Below, piece by piece: positions 1-12,658 of a DNA stretch of 64,000 bases (the stretch's first letter is position 1; every line of letters starts with the position of its first letter). The stretch lies in NCBI RefSeq assembly GCF_963921235.1, contig NC_086097.1, positions 29,638,001 to 29,702,000 of the forward strand, read 5' to 3'. The DNA is from Mobula hypostoma (lineage: Eukaryota). Position numbers and translations under genes: made by a program. The notes under the pieces are model-generated. The model was not told the DNA's origin and did no database searches. It saw nothing but the letters and a program-made list of their open reading frames with translations.

Positions 1-375
1 CCTCCTTGACAGCCAGAGGTTTTAGATTCCCAACATCGTAGTTACACTGGGCAGGAAAGGAGAGCACTGGGCTTTTCTCTTTGGAGAGAAGGAGGATGAA
101 AGGTGACTTGGTGGATGTGTACAAGCTGATAAGAGGCATAGATTGAGTGGACAGCCAGAGACTTTTTCCGGGGCAGGAATGGCTGTTACAATGGGCATAA
201 TTTTAAGGTGATTGGAGGAAAGTATAGAGTTTTTTTTCACAGAGGGGTGACTATGTGCTGCCAGACGTGGTGGTAGAGGCAGATATTTTAGGGACATTTA
301 AGAGACTCTTGTATAGGGAAATGGATGATAGAAAAATGGTGGGCAGCTATATGTGAGAGGGAAGGGTTTGATTGA
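1..375 (+). mobile_element. CR1-type LINE 3' fragment (decayed)
   Basis: Matches the CR1 ORF2 C-terminal/3' UTR pattern that recurs through the window (gggcttttctctttggag...aggatgaaaggtgacttg...tttaaggtgattggagg). Boundaries approximate. Confidence 0.75.
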
Positions 376-1155
376 TCTTTGAGTAGGGGAGAACATACAA
401 CATCCTGACAGAGCGGTGGAATCGAACCTGGGTCAGTGGTGCTGTAATAGTGTTACGTTGACCGCTACAGTACTTGTATTGCCTCCTAAACCCTTCTCCC
501 TCCCCACCATCAGATTTCTGAACAGTCCACAAACCCATGACATTATCTCACCATTCCCCTTTACATTGCACTATTTATTTGTGTTATTTACAATAACTTT
601 TACAGCTTTACACTACTGCTACTGCAAAACAGCAAATTTCATGTTGTATTTGTCAGTGCAATAAACTTGATTCTGGTTCTCATTCTGAAAAGGCCCACAG
701 TACTCCAGCCTGTCCACACAGTGACACTCCAGCCACTAGCTACGCCTTAATACAATCCTTTCCCACCTGTAACCCCCCCACCCCCCACAGCTTTATGATC
801 TTCTTATAAATCATTGAAATGAATACCTGAAATCCTGATTTATGATAAAACCATAAGTCCATAAGTCATAGGAGAAGAACTAGGCTATTTGGTCAAGTCT
901 GCTCCACCATTCGAGCATGGCTGATTTATTTTCCCTGTTCACCCTGAAGAGCTGCAATAGATAGATTAATAATGCTTTCCCTTTCATGACTTCACTTCTG
1001 TTAAAACATCCTTGTGTTATTCCTTCTTTTCTGATAGAAGTTTATAAGATTATGAGAGGCAAGAATACAGTAACCAGATAGTATCTTTCTCTGCAACACA
1101 CATCAAAGTTGCTGGTGAACGCAGCAGGCCAGGCAGCATCTATAGGAAGAGGCGC

Positions 1156-1191
1156 AGTCGACGTTTCAGGCCGAGACCCTTCGTCAGGACT
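1156..1191 (-). ncRNA. Minimal type I hammerhead ribozyme motif (PLE terminal repeat), core intact
   Basis: Minus strand reads AGUC-CUGACGA-AGG(GUCUCGG)CCU-GAAAC-GUC-GACU: stem I AGUC/GACU, CUGANGA and GAAA core, palindromic ACGU stem III, GUC cleavage triplet. Confidence 0.8.
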
Positions 1192-1485
1192 AACTGAAGG
1201 AAGAGTGAGTAAGGGATTTGAAAGCTGGAGGGGGAGGGGGAGATGCAAAATGATAGGAGAAGACAGGAGGGGGAGGGATGGAGCCGAGAGCTGGACAGGT
1301 GATAGGCAAAAGGGGATACGAGAGGATCATGGGACAGGAGGCCTAGGGAGAAAGACGGGGGGGGGGGTGACCCAGAGGATGGGCAAGAGGTATATTCAGA
1401 GGGACAGAGGGAGAAAAAGGAGAGTGAGAGAAAGAATGTGTGCATAAAAATGAGTAACAGCTGGGGTACGAGGGGGAGGTGGGGC

Positions 1486-1935
1486 CTAGCGGAAGTTAGA
1501 GAAGTCAATGTTCATGCCATCAGGTTGGAGGCTACCCAGACGGAATATAAGGTGTTGTTCCTCCAACCTGAGTGTGGCTTCATCTTTACAGTAGAGGAGG
1601 CCGTGGATAGACATGTCAGAATGGGAATGGGATGTGGAATTAAAATGTGTGGCCACTGGGAGATCCTGTTTTCTCTGGCGGACAGAGCGTAGATGTTCAA
1701 CAAAGCGGTCTCCCAGTCTGCGTCGGGTCTCACCAATATATAAAAGGCCACATCGGGAGCACCGGACGCAGTATATCATCCCAGTCGACTCACAGGTGAA
1801 GTGATGCCTCACCTGGAAGGACTGTTTGGGGCCCTGAATGGTGGTAAGGGAGGAAGTGTAAGGGCATGTGTAGCACTTGTTCCGCTTACACGGATAAGTG
1901 CCAGGAGGGAGATCAGTGGGGAGGGATGGGGGGGA
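1486..1935 (-). pseudogene. Uninterrupted GIY-YIG endonuclease domain of a 5'-truncated Penelope-like element
   Basis: About 150 codons without a stop, ending at the native stop. No RT domain or plausible start codon upstream. Confidence 0.85.
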
Positions 1936-3166
1936 CTCTGCTGTCCGAAGCAAATCCAGAAGTTCGACCCTTCACCTTGAAGAAAATACCACCATCTAAT
2001 AAGATAAAAATTCAGGTTTACAGCCCTCCAAGGAAGAGTGGGAAGGTTCCTTTAGATCCCTCATGAAGATCCTGCCCTTAGCCGGTGAAATCCATGCCAT
2101 TGGCTGGATTCCCAAGGACAATGCGGGATGCAGTCTGGATGTATGTTTCCCAGTGTGAAGGAGCTCAGATTTCCATTTACATGGTGTAGAGGATGTTACC
2201 TGGATTGGAGCGGTCAACAAAACCAAAGTCCCCACCCACCTGGATGTTGTCTCTTCCCTCCCTTCTTCTACCAGCTAGACGACACAAACGTTTGAATGCA
2301 CTTGCCACCAGGCTCAAGGCCAGCTTCTACCCCACTGTTTAAGACTGTTGACAGTCCCCCAGTATGATAATAGGCAATAGGTATAGGAATATGCCATTCA
2401 GCCCTTCGAGCCAGCACCGCACTTTTAACCTCAAAATCTTCCTCATTATGACCTTACATCGTATGCACTGCAATTTCTAGAACAGTACAGACACTTTGGC
2501 CCATGATTTTGTGTTGACCTTTTAATCTACTCTAAGAACAAGCTGACCCTTCCCTCCTATATAAACCCCATTTTTCTATCGTGCATGTGCCTTAGAGTCT
2601 CTTCAATGACACATTGGATCTGCCTCTACCTCCACCCTTAGCAGCATGTTCCACGCAATCACCACTCTCTGTGTGAAATCTTACCTCTGACCTCCCCCCT
2701 ATCTTTTCCTCCAACCATTTTAGCCATTTTAGCCTCTCATATTAGTTACTTCCGCCCTGGGTCATAAAAATCTCTGGTTGTTCACTCGATCTGTGGCGCT
2801 TATCATCCGATACACCTCTCATCCCCCTTCACTCCAAAGAGAAAAGCCTCAGCTCACTCAACCTATCCTGACAAGACATGCCCTCTAACCTCCATTTCCT
2901 GAGGACAGTGCTGGGTGCAGTCTGTTTGTATGGTTCCCAGTGTGAAGAAGCACAGACTTCCACTTATATAGTGTAGAGGATGTTACTTTGATTGGATCAG
3001 CCAACAAAATCAAAGATGACCCACTCTGTACATCCTCTCTTTGACCACCCCCGCACCAACGTGACAAAAGCCAGAGAGCATGTGTCATCAGTCTCAAGGA
3101 CGGAAGGACAGAATCTAGGAGGAGCAGATGGGAAAGTGGGGAGAATAAAATGAGATTAGTGTTAAT

Positions 3167-4012
3167 TGTTCAAGGGTTCATTTATTATCAAAGCATACAT
3201 CCATATACAACTCTGAAATTCGCCTTCTCCAGATAGCCATGAAACAAAGAGAGAAACATCAAACCTACACCCCCCCGTACAAAAAAGAACAGCATCCCAA
3301 TCATAACCCCCCCCAAAGCCCCCTCCCCTGCACAAAATGGAACAGGAACATCAACCCCCAAAAAAATGACCCCCTCCCCTACACAAAAAAGTAACAGAAG
3401 ACAATATAACATCAACCCACAAACACCCCCCCCGCATAACAAAATGGAAAAGAAACGGGTGATAAAAGATACAGAATATAAAAACCGTAAGTCTGAAAAA
3501 GTCCACAATCCATAAACGCAATAGTCCAATCCATAAATGCAGAACCATGATACTGTCCTACGATGTCACTGACATTCATTGAAAGAGAGGTTCACCACAC
3601 GAGGCAGGGGCGACTACCCACCTGCCACAGTGAGTCACACAACGATCAGCCACTGTCAGACACCTTCTCCAGCAACAATCAGAAGAATGGCAGCCGCCGC
3701 TCGCCTTCTGCATTCGCCTCGATATCTCAATCTGCTTCAGCGATTAATGGACACTTTAACTGGCGAAATGGAGTTGAACATCAGCCTGCACCCTCTGTCG
3801 AAGTTTCTTTGCATCGAGGCCGTCCGGGTCTGTGCTCGCTTCCCGGAGTCTTCTCAGAGACAGCAAAGCGCTGGATCACTGAAACGTTCTCCAATCTGTA
3901 AATCACAGGCTCGAACGGTCCCAGAAACACATCTAAGGTGTAAAACAGACGTATAAGAAGTAGAAAAGCTATTTTCATGTGCTGTCTGGAAGATGTCGAT
4001 GGAGCCATCTTG
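3167..4012 (-). mobile_element. Unclassified non-autonomous LINE-like repeat
   Basis: Minus-strand 5' end AAGATGGCTCC; 3' end AATAAA plus a short gaac-type tail; internal aacatcaacccccc sub-repeats; no protein motifs. Confidence 0.4.
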
Positions 4013-4589
4013 ACAGGAAGTCATTATGAGCAGGATGGGCTGAAGGGCCTGTTACCCTGTTGTATGACTGTTAGCTCTGACACCTTTTACCCCACAGTAA
4101 CTGTGTCCACTACCGTCTATAGCCTCTTGCATTCCTTTACACTGGAATTTCTATACCCGGTCAGTACGCAACCAGTCAGCATACCTTCCAGAGCACTCCT
4201 GTAGAAGTTTGCTGGAGTATTTGGAGACATGTCAAATCTCTGTTAGCTTTTAAGAAAATAAAAGCAGTGGCGCATCTTCCTTGTGATTGCGTCCATGTGC
4301 TGGGACCAGGAAGGATCGCCTGAGATGTTAACGCCCAGGAATTTGACCTATTGCGTACACCATTATTCACATGGCTTCAGTTTGGGCTTCTGGTCAGTGC
4401 TTGCACCAGAAGGTTATTCAAGGTCAATGGCAGGAGATATGAGTGCCTTCTGACTTCCTACTCACTGATGTGGAACAGATAGGTAAATTAGTTTATCATT
4501 TTCACATGTACCAAGGTACTTGATAATTTCATCACATTAGTACGTTGAGATAGCACAAGGGATTTGTTGAGTTTGTCATAGAGTCATAG

Positions 4590-5160
4590 GGTCGTTGAAC
4601 ACTACAGCATAGGAGCAGGCCCTTCAACTCATCTAGTCATGCTGAACTGTTATATTCTGCCTGGTCCCATCAACCTGAACCTGGACCAGAGCCCCCCATA
4701 CCCTTCCCATTCATGTAATTATCCAAACCTCTTAAATATTGCAATCAAACGCACATCCATCACTTGTGGAGGCAGCTTGCACTACACTCCCACCACCCTC
4801 TGAGTGAAGATGTTCCTCCTCAAGTTCCCCTTAAATACCTCAACTTTCACCCTACGACTTAGACTTCTACCTCATCCAACCTCAGTGGAAAAAACGTGCT
4901 TGCACTTACTCTGTCAATGGTATTCATAATTTTGTATACCTCTATCAAATCTCCCCTCATTCTCCTACGCTTGAGGGACAAATCTCCCCTCTTTCTTCTA
5001 CATTCCAGGGAATAAAGTCCTAACCTGTTCAACTCAGGCCCTCAAATCCCAGCAACGTCCCTGTAAATTTTCTCTGTACTCTTTCAATCTTATTGATATC
5101 CTTCCTGTAGGTAGATGACCAGAACTGCACATAATACTCCAAATTTGGCCTTACTACCAT
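4590..5160 (-). mobile_element. CR1 LINE 3' fragment
   Basis: Translation VVRPNLEYYVQFWSSTYRKDINKIERVQRKFT is the typical CR1 ORF2 C-terminus. Confidence 0.85.
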
Positions 5161-5494
5161 AAGTTTAATTAGTTTGGCCAAAGGGCCTGTTCCTATTCTT
5201 TCTAGACAGTATGCCTTGGCTGCATCTGTAAATAAAATCTGCCGGACCTGGCCACGATGCTGATGGTTCTCCATGTGGGTGTGTAAAGAATGTGTTATCA
5301 GTTGGTACACTTTGAGCAATGAGAGTGTAGACTGATAAACAGGAGGCACAGAGCTCATACTCTTGGGGGTTTCTGCAGATATTCACCAGAGCCCTCAAAC
5401 TGGCCCCACCATTCAACATGGCCATGGCTGATCTGTGCTGCCCTCAACACCTGCCTTACAGTTCCCCATAACCCTCAGTTCCTCCACTTTTCAT

Positions 5495-5752
5495 ATATTT
5501 ATTTATTTAGTGATACAAAGCAGGACTGTCTGTCCCTTTCAGCCTCTTGATCCACGCTGCCCAGCAACCCCCCAATTTAATCCCAGCCTAACCATGGGAC
5601 AACTTACAACCACCAATTAACCCACCAACCCGGATGTCTTTGCACTGTGGGAGGAAACCCACACAGTCACGGGGAGAAACCACAAATCCTCGCAGGCCAC
5701 AGCGGGAACTGAACCTGCACTGTAAAGTGTTGTGCTAACCACCATGGTGCTG
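5495..5752 (-). mobile_element. tRNA-derived SINE (V-SINE/HE1-like)
   Basis: Head ggttagcacaacactttacag...ggttcagttccc, central gtgggtttcctcc...caaagac motif, (aaat)n tail; related copies at 9220, 13620 and 41510. Confidence 0.65.
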
Positions 5753-5879
5753 TGGTTATCTGTCTCCAAGTTAAACATTTTCAATGGCTGGGGCTTTACC
5801 ACTCTCAGGAACAGTGAATTCCAGAGGTTCATCACCCTCTAAGAGAAGAAATGTCTTCCCATCTTAATTTTAAATTAGA

Positions 5880-6310
5880 TTTACCAGGATGCTGCCTGGA
5901 TTAGAGAGTTAGTCTTATGAGGATAGATTGAGTGAGCTAGGGCTTTTCTCTTTGGAGCGAAGGAGGATGAGAGGTGACTTGATAGAGACGTACAAGATGA
6001 TAAGAAGCATAGATCGAGACTTGTTCCCAGGGCGGAAATGACTAACAACAGGGGGCATGCTTCTAAGGTGATTGGAGGGAAGTACAGGGGGGATGTCAGA
6101 AGTAGGTTTTTACCCAGAGTGGAGGCTACAGGGGTGGTGGGAAAGGCAGATACATCAAGGACATTTAAAAGACACTTAGAGAGACACACGGATGAAAGTA
6201 AAATGGAGGGCTATGTAGGAGTTAGATTGATCTTGGAGTAGGTTAAAAGGTCAGTACAACATCATGGGCCGAATGGCCTGCATTGTGCTGTACTGTTTTC
6301 TGTTCTATTC
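5880..6310 (+). mobile_element. CR1 LINE 3' fragment
   Basis: tttaccaggatgctgcctggattagag...gggccgaatggcctg...tgttctattct 3' end. Confidence 0.8.
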
Positions 6311-6585
6311 TTGCTCAGTTATTATACTGTATCTTGGGAACTTTCCAAAGACATCAGTACATTCCCTGATAAGATCCTCAATGGGATAACTGCCTTAAGG
6401 CAATGTTGCTTTGCACGCAACCCTTATTGCCATACAATATGAGGCCATTTGGCCTGCTGAGTCCATACTAACTCTCAGAGTAATGCCATTCCCCCAATAA
6501 TGTTTTTTTCTCTCCTGTACTTTCCACCTTCCTATCAACCCGCCACATTGATCTGAGTGGTAATTTAGCGCAGTCAATTAACCTG

Positions 6586-7323
6586 TGTAACTCCCTGGGT
6601 AAGATTTTTACTGCAATGCTGTAGGTATTTCATTTTAGAAATTCTGTAAGAGCAGTCTGTTCTGCTTTTGGCATGTTTGGGTTTGAGCTAAAGACAAGGG
6701 ACTGTGTTGTTCAACTTAGGAATGTTGTGTCAGCCAATCAGGATGGTGGAATTGGCGGAAGCTTCTAGAGAACGCTGGGTGGAGAGGTTTTTGTGATGGA
6801 CACTGGTGAGGGTCGAGGTTTTTTTTGGCAGGAGTTGGGAGAAGACGGGGGGAAGATGGCTGAAGGTGCTTTGTGCATATGAATGACTTCAAAGAGGAAG
6901 GACCAATACTCCTGTGGGGCAGCCCATTTGTTTAACTTCAAAATGAGCTCCAACTTCTGTACACATTTGGACTGGATTAACTGTAATGCACCCTTTTTTA
7001 CTTTTTCCCTTCTTTTTCCTTCTAACTGTTCAATGAAGCTGAAATTTGTAATTATACTTTATTTATAATTGTATGCAGTGTACAATCTGTCATTTCTTGT
7101 TGACAGGTAATTGCAAGTGGGCAGCACTTAGACAGTATTCGCTCAGATTGGGGTGCAGGTGGTCGAACCATCTTGGCTCTCCTGGACTGGTGGGACCCAA
7201 GTCATATTGACCCTAGACATACAGAGTGCGAGAAAGGTGGTTTTCTCACCGCTGAGTCCATTGGCTTGTTAGTGAGGGGTTAACCAGCCGTGTTTCTAGA
7301 ACATCCGGTAAAAAGGGGTTTCA
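6586..7323. mobile_element. Probable solo LTR (738 bp) inserted in a SINE
   Basis: TG...CA termini (tgtaactccc / ggggtttca), flanking 4-mers cctg/ccta. Removing it rejoins a SINE motif (aattaaccta-caaacctgaacacctctgggatgtgg). Confidence 0.6.
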
Positions 7324-7764
7324 CCTACAAACCTGAACACCTCTGGGATGTGGAGGGAATGGGAGCACTCAGAGGGTAAACTACCTGGTCACAGGGAGAA
7401 CCTGCAGACTCCACTCAGAGAGGACTAGAAGTTGAGTTTGAACGCAGGTCTCTGGAGATGTGAGGTAGTAGATCCATCAGCAGCACAACGGCGTCACCAG
7501 GCTTCCAAAGTTCAAAGTAAGATTTATTATCAAGTACTGTATACAGGCATGTACCAGTCACTACCCTGAGATTAATTTTCATACAAGTATTTACAGGAAA
7601 ATAAAGAAATACAACAGAGTTTATGAAAAACTAACAAACCATTGTTTGCATACATCATAGATCCATAGAACTTCTTTTGCCCTCTTCTGTGGCAGTCCTC
7701 CTATAACTGCTAGATTCCAGATCCTGCTCATAGAGTCACTGAGTAAACTAGTATGGATCATCAC

Positions 7765-10316
7765 TCATTTCAAACAGGTGTTAGACGACAGCAAGTGCGA
7801 GGGTATGAACCAGCCACTGACTCTGGAGGAACTGACTGGCTCCATCCATTCCTTTGACTCAAATAAAACTCCCAGAAACAATGCCTTACTGACTGAGTTG
7901 TACTCAGCTCTGTTGGACTGGATGGGCCCAGACCTGCTGGAGGTGTACGATGTGATGCTTCGAGCTGGCATGAGGAAGGCCATCATTACTCTCACCTACA
8001 AGCAGATGGTGGAAAGAGATGACATTAAGAATTGGAGACCCATTTCACTCTTGAATGTGTCCAAGGCCATAGCAATCCGTGTCAAGTCTGCTCTAGGATA
8101 GGTGATCCACCCAGACCAAACCTGTGCTGTATCTGGCAGGAAGATATTTGACAGCCACATGCTGCTGAGGGACACCATCATCTACATGCAGAACATGGGG
8201 TGGATGCCTGCCTGGTCAGCTTGGACCAGGAGAAAACCTTCGCTAGGATATCACACCCATACGTGATGGATGTACTCTCCAAAGTGGGATTTTGTGAGGG
8301 AATTGGGAATTGGATCCAGCTGCTCAACATGTACATCTGTAGTAGAGTCCAAGTCAATGGTTGGAAAACAGGTAACTTTCCCATCAAGTCTGGAGTCAGG
8401 CAGTGTTGCCCATTCTCCCTTGACTTGTTTGTGTGTTGTATAGAACCCTTTGCCGAAGCCATCAGGAAGAACAAGAGCATAAGAGGGGTGAGGCTGCTGA
8501 ACAGTGGAGTAACCCAAGTGAAACCTCCCTGTACATAGGGAGGTCACTGTCTTCTGCTCAGATACGAGTTCAGTTTGCAGATCGATCAGCATCTGCGACC
8601 AGTTTGAATTGACATCAGGGGCCAGGGTTAACCGCACAAAGAGCGAGGCTATGCTTTTTGGCAGCTGACCCGACTGATCCAGAGTCCCCTTCACCACCAA
8701 GTCTGATTACGTGAACGTGCTGGAGGGGCCAAGACATGCAACAAGAATTGGAGGAGTGGACTGGGAAAGTAAAGCAGAAATTGGGACTGGGGGGAGGGTA
8801 CTCCCTGTAAATAACTGGGAAGAACCTGGTCATCAGATGTGAGGTGCTTTCAGCGCTACCGTACTTGGTGCAGGTGTGGCCCATCCTCCACTCCTCCAGT
8901 TTGGGAATCATCCGATTCTTCAGGTTTATCTGGGGATCCAAGATGGAGCAGGTAAGACAGGTCACCATGCACAAGTCCCTTCACAGCAGGGGATATAAAC
9001 ATAGCCAGTGTTGCCTTCATCCTGATGACCGCCTTTGTGTGTGGCTGCATCAGGCTGTGCGTGGAGCCTAAACACGTGCCGAGGTTCTATCTGTCCCCAG
9101 TGTTGGAAAGATTGTGTCTGGCCCCATTGCCGCGCATCGTCCCAGTCAGCTGGACGGTTCTGCACCACCTGCCTTTCGTGTAAAAGCTCGTCTGCACCAA
9201 CGCCTTTGACCACAAGCTGCTGCAGCAGTGTGGTGGTTAGCACAATGATATTACAGCTCACGGTGTCAGAGTTCGAACTTTGATTCCGATGTCTTCTGTA
9301 AGGGGTTCATCCATCTTCCCGGTCGAATGTGCGTGTGTCTCCTCTGGGTGCTCCAGTTCCTTCCTACAGTCCAAAGATGTACCAGTTAGTCAGCACATTG
9401 GTCATTGTAAATTGTCCTGTGACTAGGCCAGGGTTGAATTGGTGGGTGCTGGCTGTGCGGGTTGAAAGTCCAGAAGGGCCTATTCCATCATGTAAAAATA
9501 AATTCTATAAGTCGATCCGACATTGGTCAGCACGGAACATCCTGCAGACACTGCAGCAGAAGGACTCGATGGACACATTGGGGTGGTTTCCTGAGCAGAC
9601 TGTCCAGACCATCTGGCAGAATGCCTCATCGCCAGGCCTCACTAACAGGCACCAAGACCTTGCCTGGCTGGCGGTGAGAGGGGCCCTCCCAGTCAGATCC
9701 TTCCCGCATGCCAGGAGCTTCACTCCCACAGCTCGCTGCCCGCAGGATGACTGTCGAGGGGAAGAGACAGTCGCTCATCTCTTTGCAGACTGCGGGTTTG
9801 TGAGGAGTGTGCGGAGAAAGACGTCACGGTTCATGCTGACCAGAATCTGATCTACGGCTTCACCAGGGACAAGCATTCCGTGTTGTCAGCAGATCATCAG
9901 CTCGGTGAAAGACGCTCTTTGGTCTGCCCGAAACATGTTGGTCTGCCAGCACATCGCGATGTCCGTGGATGAACGCTGCCGACTGGCACATCCCAGGCTG
10001 CAGGAGTTCGTGCTGAGGGATGCACGGAAGCTTGGTGCAGCCCCTGCAGGGGCTCGGTGGGAGTAGGACCACAGTGTAGGGGTCTTCCTCTACCGGAGAG
10101 GGAGGCGCCGGGTTGAGGGAGGAGGTCCCACAATTATTTTTGTAGCAGTATGCCAACCCACAGTGACACATGAGGCCAGCGGTGCCATTGGTGTGTATGA
10201 ATGTAGTAGAACAGTATGGAAAGCACTGGCTACGAATGTAAAGATTGAAAAGACATTGAATGGTTTATTCTTGTAAAGATTTTGTAATGAATAAAGTTCA
10301 TTTAGTTTAAAAAAAA
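7765..10316 (+). mobile_element. Tx1-clade non-LTR retrotransposon, 5'-truncated, decayed ORF2 (RT and C-terminal zinc finger)
   Basis: Frameshifted RT pieces (NWRPISLLN, SLDQEKTF, SGVRQCCPFS..LFVCCIEPF), C-terminal CPQDDCRGEETVAHLFADC, AATAAA at 10290 and A-tail 10309-10316. Confidence 0.9.
9220..9508 (+). mobile_element. SINE nested in the Tx1 element
   Basis: gtggttagcacaatg...gagttcgaac head (A/B-box-like) and A-rich tail interrupt the Tx1 ORF2 homology. Confidence 0.65.
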
Positions 10317-10321
10317 GTTTG

Positions 10322-10740
10322 GTGGTTCTGGGCCTGTACTCACCGGAGTTCAGAAGAATGGTTGGGGATTTCTTTGAAACCTATTGAATATTGAAATACC
10401 TAGACAGAGTGGATGTGGAGAGAATGGTATCTATAGTTGGGGAGTCTAGGACCAGAGGGCACGGTCTCAGAATAGAAGGATGTCTCTTTAGAACAGAGAC
10501 AAAAAGGATTTTCTTTAGCCAGGGATGGTGAATCTGTGGAATTCATTGCTGCAGACAGCTGCAGAGTGCAAGTCATTGGGCATATTTGAAGAGGAGGTTG
10601 AAAGGTTCTTGATTAGTAAGGGCACCAAAGGTTACAGGGAAAAGGCAGGAGAATGGGGAAGTGATGAATAATACATTTGCCATGATAAAATGGCAAAGCA
10701 GACTCAGTTCTAATTCTGCTTCTCTTGTGTTATGATCTTA
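10322..10740 (+). mobile_element. CR1 LINE 3' fragment
   Basis: gggagtctaggaccagagggcac...aatctgtggaattcattg...taattctgct 3' end. Confidence 0.75.
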
Positions 10741-10818
10741 TACTACAGATAACCAGCCCTTCAGCCCAACTTGTTCGTGCTGACCAAGTTGTGTATCTGA
10801 TTTAATATCATTTGCCTG

Positions 10819-10919
10819 TGGAACTGTAACATTGTAACTGTGACTAGAACATTGTAACTGGAACTGTAACATTGTAACTGGAACTGTTACATTGTAACGG
10901 GAACTGAAACATTGTAACA
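10819..10919. repeat. Short ~20-bp tandem repeat (ggaactgtaacattgtaact), about 5 degenerate copies
   Basis: Directly visible periodicity. Confidence 0.8.
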
Positions 10920-10989
10920 GTGGCGACCTCCAGCACTTCCTCTGGCAGCTCATTCTCTGTATGCTCACCACTCTGGGTGAAAAATTTGC

Positions 10990-11740
10990 CTGCAAAGAGG
11001 AGGCGTACACAAAGGAGATTGATCTGCTGCTTGAGTGGAGTTGCATCAACAGCCTTGCATGCAACATCGATAAGATCAAGGAATTGCTAGTGGAGTTCAG
11101 CAAGGGAAGTTGGGAGAATACTCAACAGTCCTCATTGAGGGATCAGTGATGGAAAGAGTGAGCAGTTTCATCTTTCTGGGTGTCACTGTCTCAGAGGATC
11201 AATCATGGGCTCAACATATTGATGCAATCATAGAGAGGGCATGCCAGTGGCTATATTTCATTAGGAGTTTGAGGAGGTTTGCTATGTCACCAAAGATCCT
11301 TGTAAATTTTTACAGATGTGTAGTGGAAAGAATTTCATTCTGGCTAGTTGTGTGACAGGCTGGTATGGTACCCCAATGCACGAGAGGCTGCAGAGGGCTG
11401 TAGAGTCAGCCAGTCCGTCAGGGGCACAACCCTCCCCACCCTCAGGAAGGCGATATCCATCACAAGGAACACTCGCCACTGGGGACATGTCTTCCTCTCA
11501 TTACTACATTGGGGAGGAGGTCCAGGAGCTTGAAGACTCACACTCAATGATTCAGGAACAGCTCCTCCACAGTCCGTGAACCCACAGTGGAAGGATAAAG
11601 GGATTCTTTTTCCTTCTGTTTAGCTCAACTTCATTTACATTTGCAGCACTTTGTATCTTTTCTCTGGGCTGCTGCAACTAAACCATAAATTTCCTATCTT
11701 GTGGCGGAGTGATAACGAACCTAATTATAGTTCTGATTCT
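10990..11740 (+). mobile_element. Rex1/Babar-type LINE 3' fragment (decayed)
   Basis: Translations NIDKIKELLVEF and ERVSSFIFLGVTVSEDQSWAQHIDAIIERACQWLYFIRSLRRF match the Rex1/Babar RT C-terminus. Confidence 0.75.
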
Positions 11741-11782
11741 GGTTTGAATAGATCACCAATAACCAAAGCACAAGAATGTCAA

Positions 11783-12658
11783 GAGAGAATCTGCAGACGC
11801 TGGAAATTGAAGCAACACACACAAAACACTGGAGGAACTCAGCAGGCCATGCAGCATCTACGGAAAAGAGTGCAGTCGACATTTTGGGCTGAGACCCTTC
11901 ATCAGGACTGAAGAAAGAAAGATGAGGAGTCAGAGTAAGAAGCTGAGGGAGGAGGGGAGGAAGAAACACAAGGTGAAAGGTCAAACCGGGAGTGGGGAGG
12001 AGGGGTGAAGTAAAGAGCTGGGAAGTTGATAGGTGAAAGAGATACAGGGCTGGAGAAGGGGGAATCTGATAGGGCAGGACAGATGGCCACAGAAGAGAGA
12101 AGAGGAGGAGGAGCACCAGAGGGAGGTGATGGACAGGTAAGGAGATAAGGTGAGAGAGGGAAATGGGAATGGGGAATGGTGAAGTGGGGGGCAAGTCTGT
12201 TGGGGTCATCTACTATATCCAGTGCTCCTAGTGTAGCCTCCTGTCTATCAGTAAGACTTGACGTAGGTTGGGAGACCATTTCACCGAGCACCTACACTCC
12301 GTCAACCAAAAAACTGGGATCTCCCACTGGCCACCCATTTTAATTCCACTTCCCATTCCCATTCTGGCGTGTCAGTCCATGGCCACCTCTACTATCGTGA
12401 TGAGGCCACACTCAGGTTGGAGGAGCAACACTTTATGTTCCATCTGGGGAGCCTCCAACCCGATGGCATGAACACCGATTACTCGAACTCCCGGTAATGC
12501 CCCCCAGCCTGCCCACCTCCTTCAGCTTCCCCCGTCCCCACTCCTCATTATTTTTCCCCAGTCCTGATGAACGGTCTGAGACTGAAACATCGTCTATACT
12601 CTTTTCCATGGGTGCTGCCTGGCCTGCTGAGTTCCTCCAGCATTTTGTGTGTGTTGCT
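11783..12658. mobile_element. Fold-back Penelope-like element with inverted terminal repeats, GIY-YIG remnant and 12-bp TSD
   Basis: Inverted terminal repeats at both ends, each with a degenerate hammerhead (11873-11910 minus, 12559-12595 plus); GIY-YIG remnant ~12200-12495; flanks caagaatgtcaa / caagaacatcaa. Confidence 0.8.

Larger units (their letters stand above)
1093..1935 (-). mobile_element. Penelope-like element (PLE) 3' portion: GIY-YIG endonuclease plus terminal repeat
   Basis: Minus-strand ORF carries a Cys-rich linker and GIY-YIG motifs (MIYCVRCSRCGLLYIGETRRRLGDRFVEH...HFN...EEQHLIFRLGSLQPDGMN), followed by a terminal repeat with a hammerhead motif. Confidence 0.9.

Noticed and set aside
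1042..1508. Short ORFs recurring with DAAWPAEFLQHFV or PDEGSRPETS peptides (also near 11721, 12497, 39123 and 40288)
   Set aside because: These are translations of the non-coding PLE terminal repeat and hammerhead region, not a gene family.
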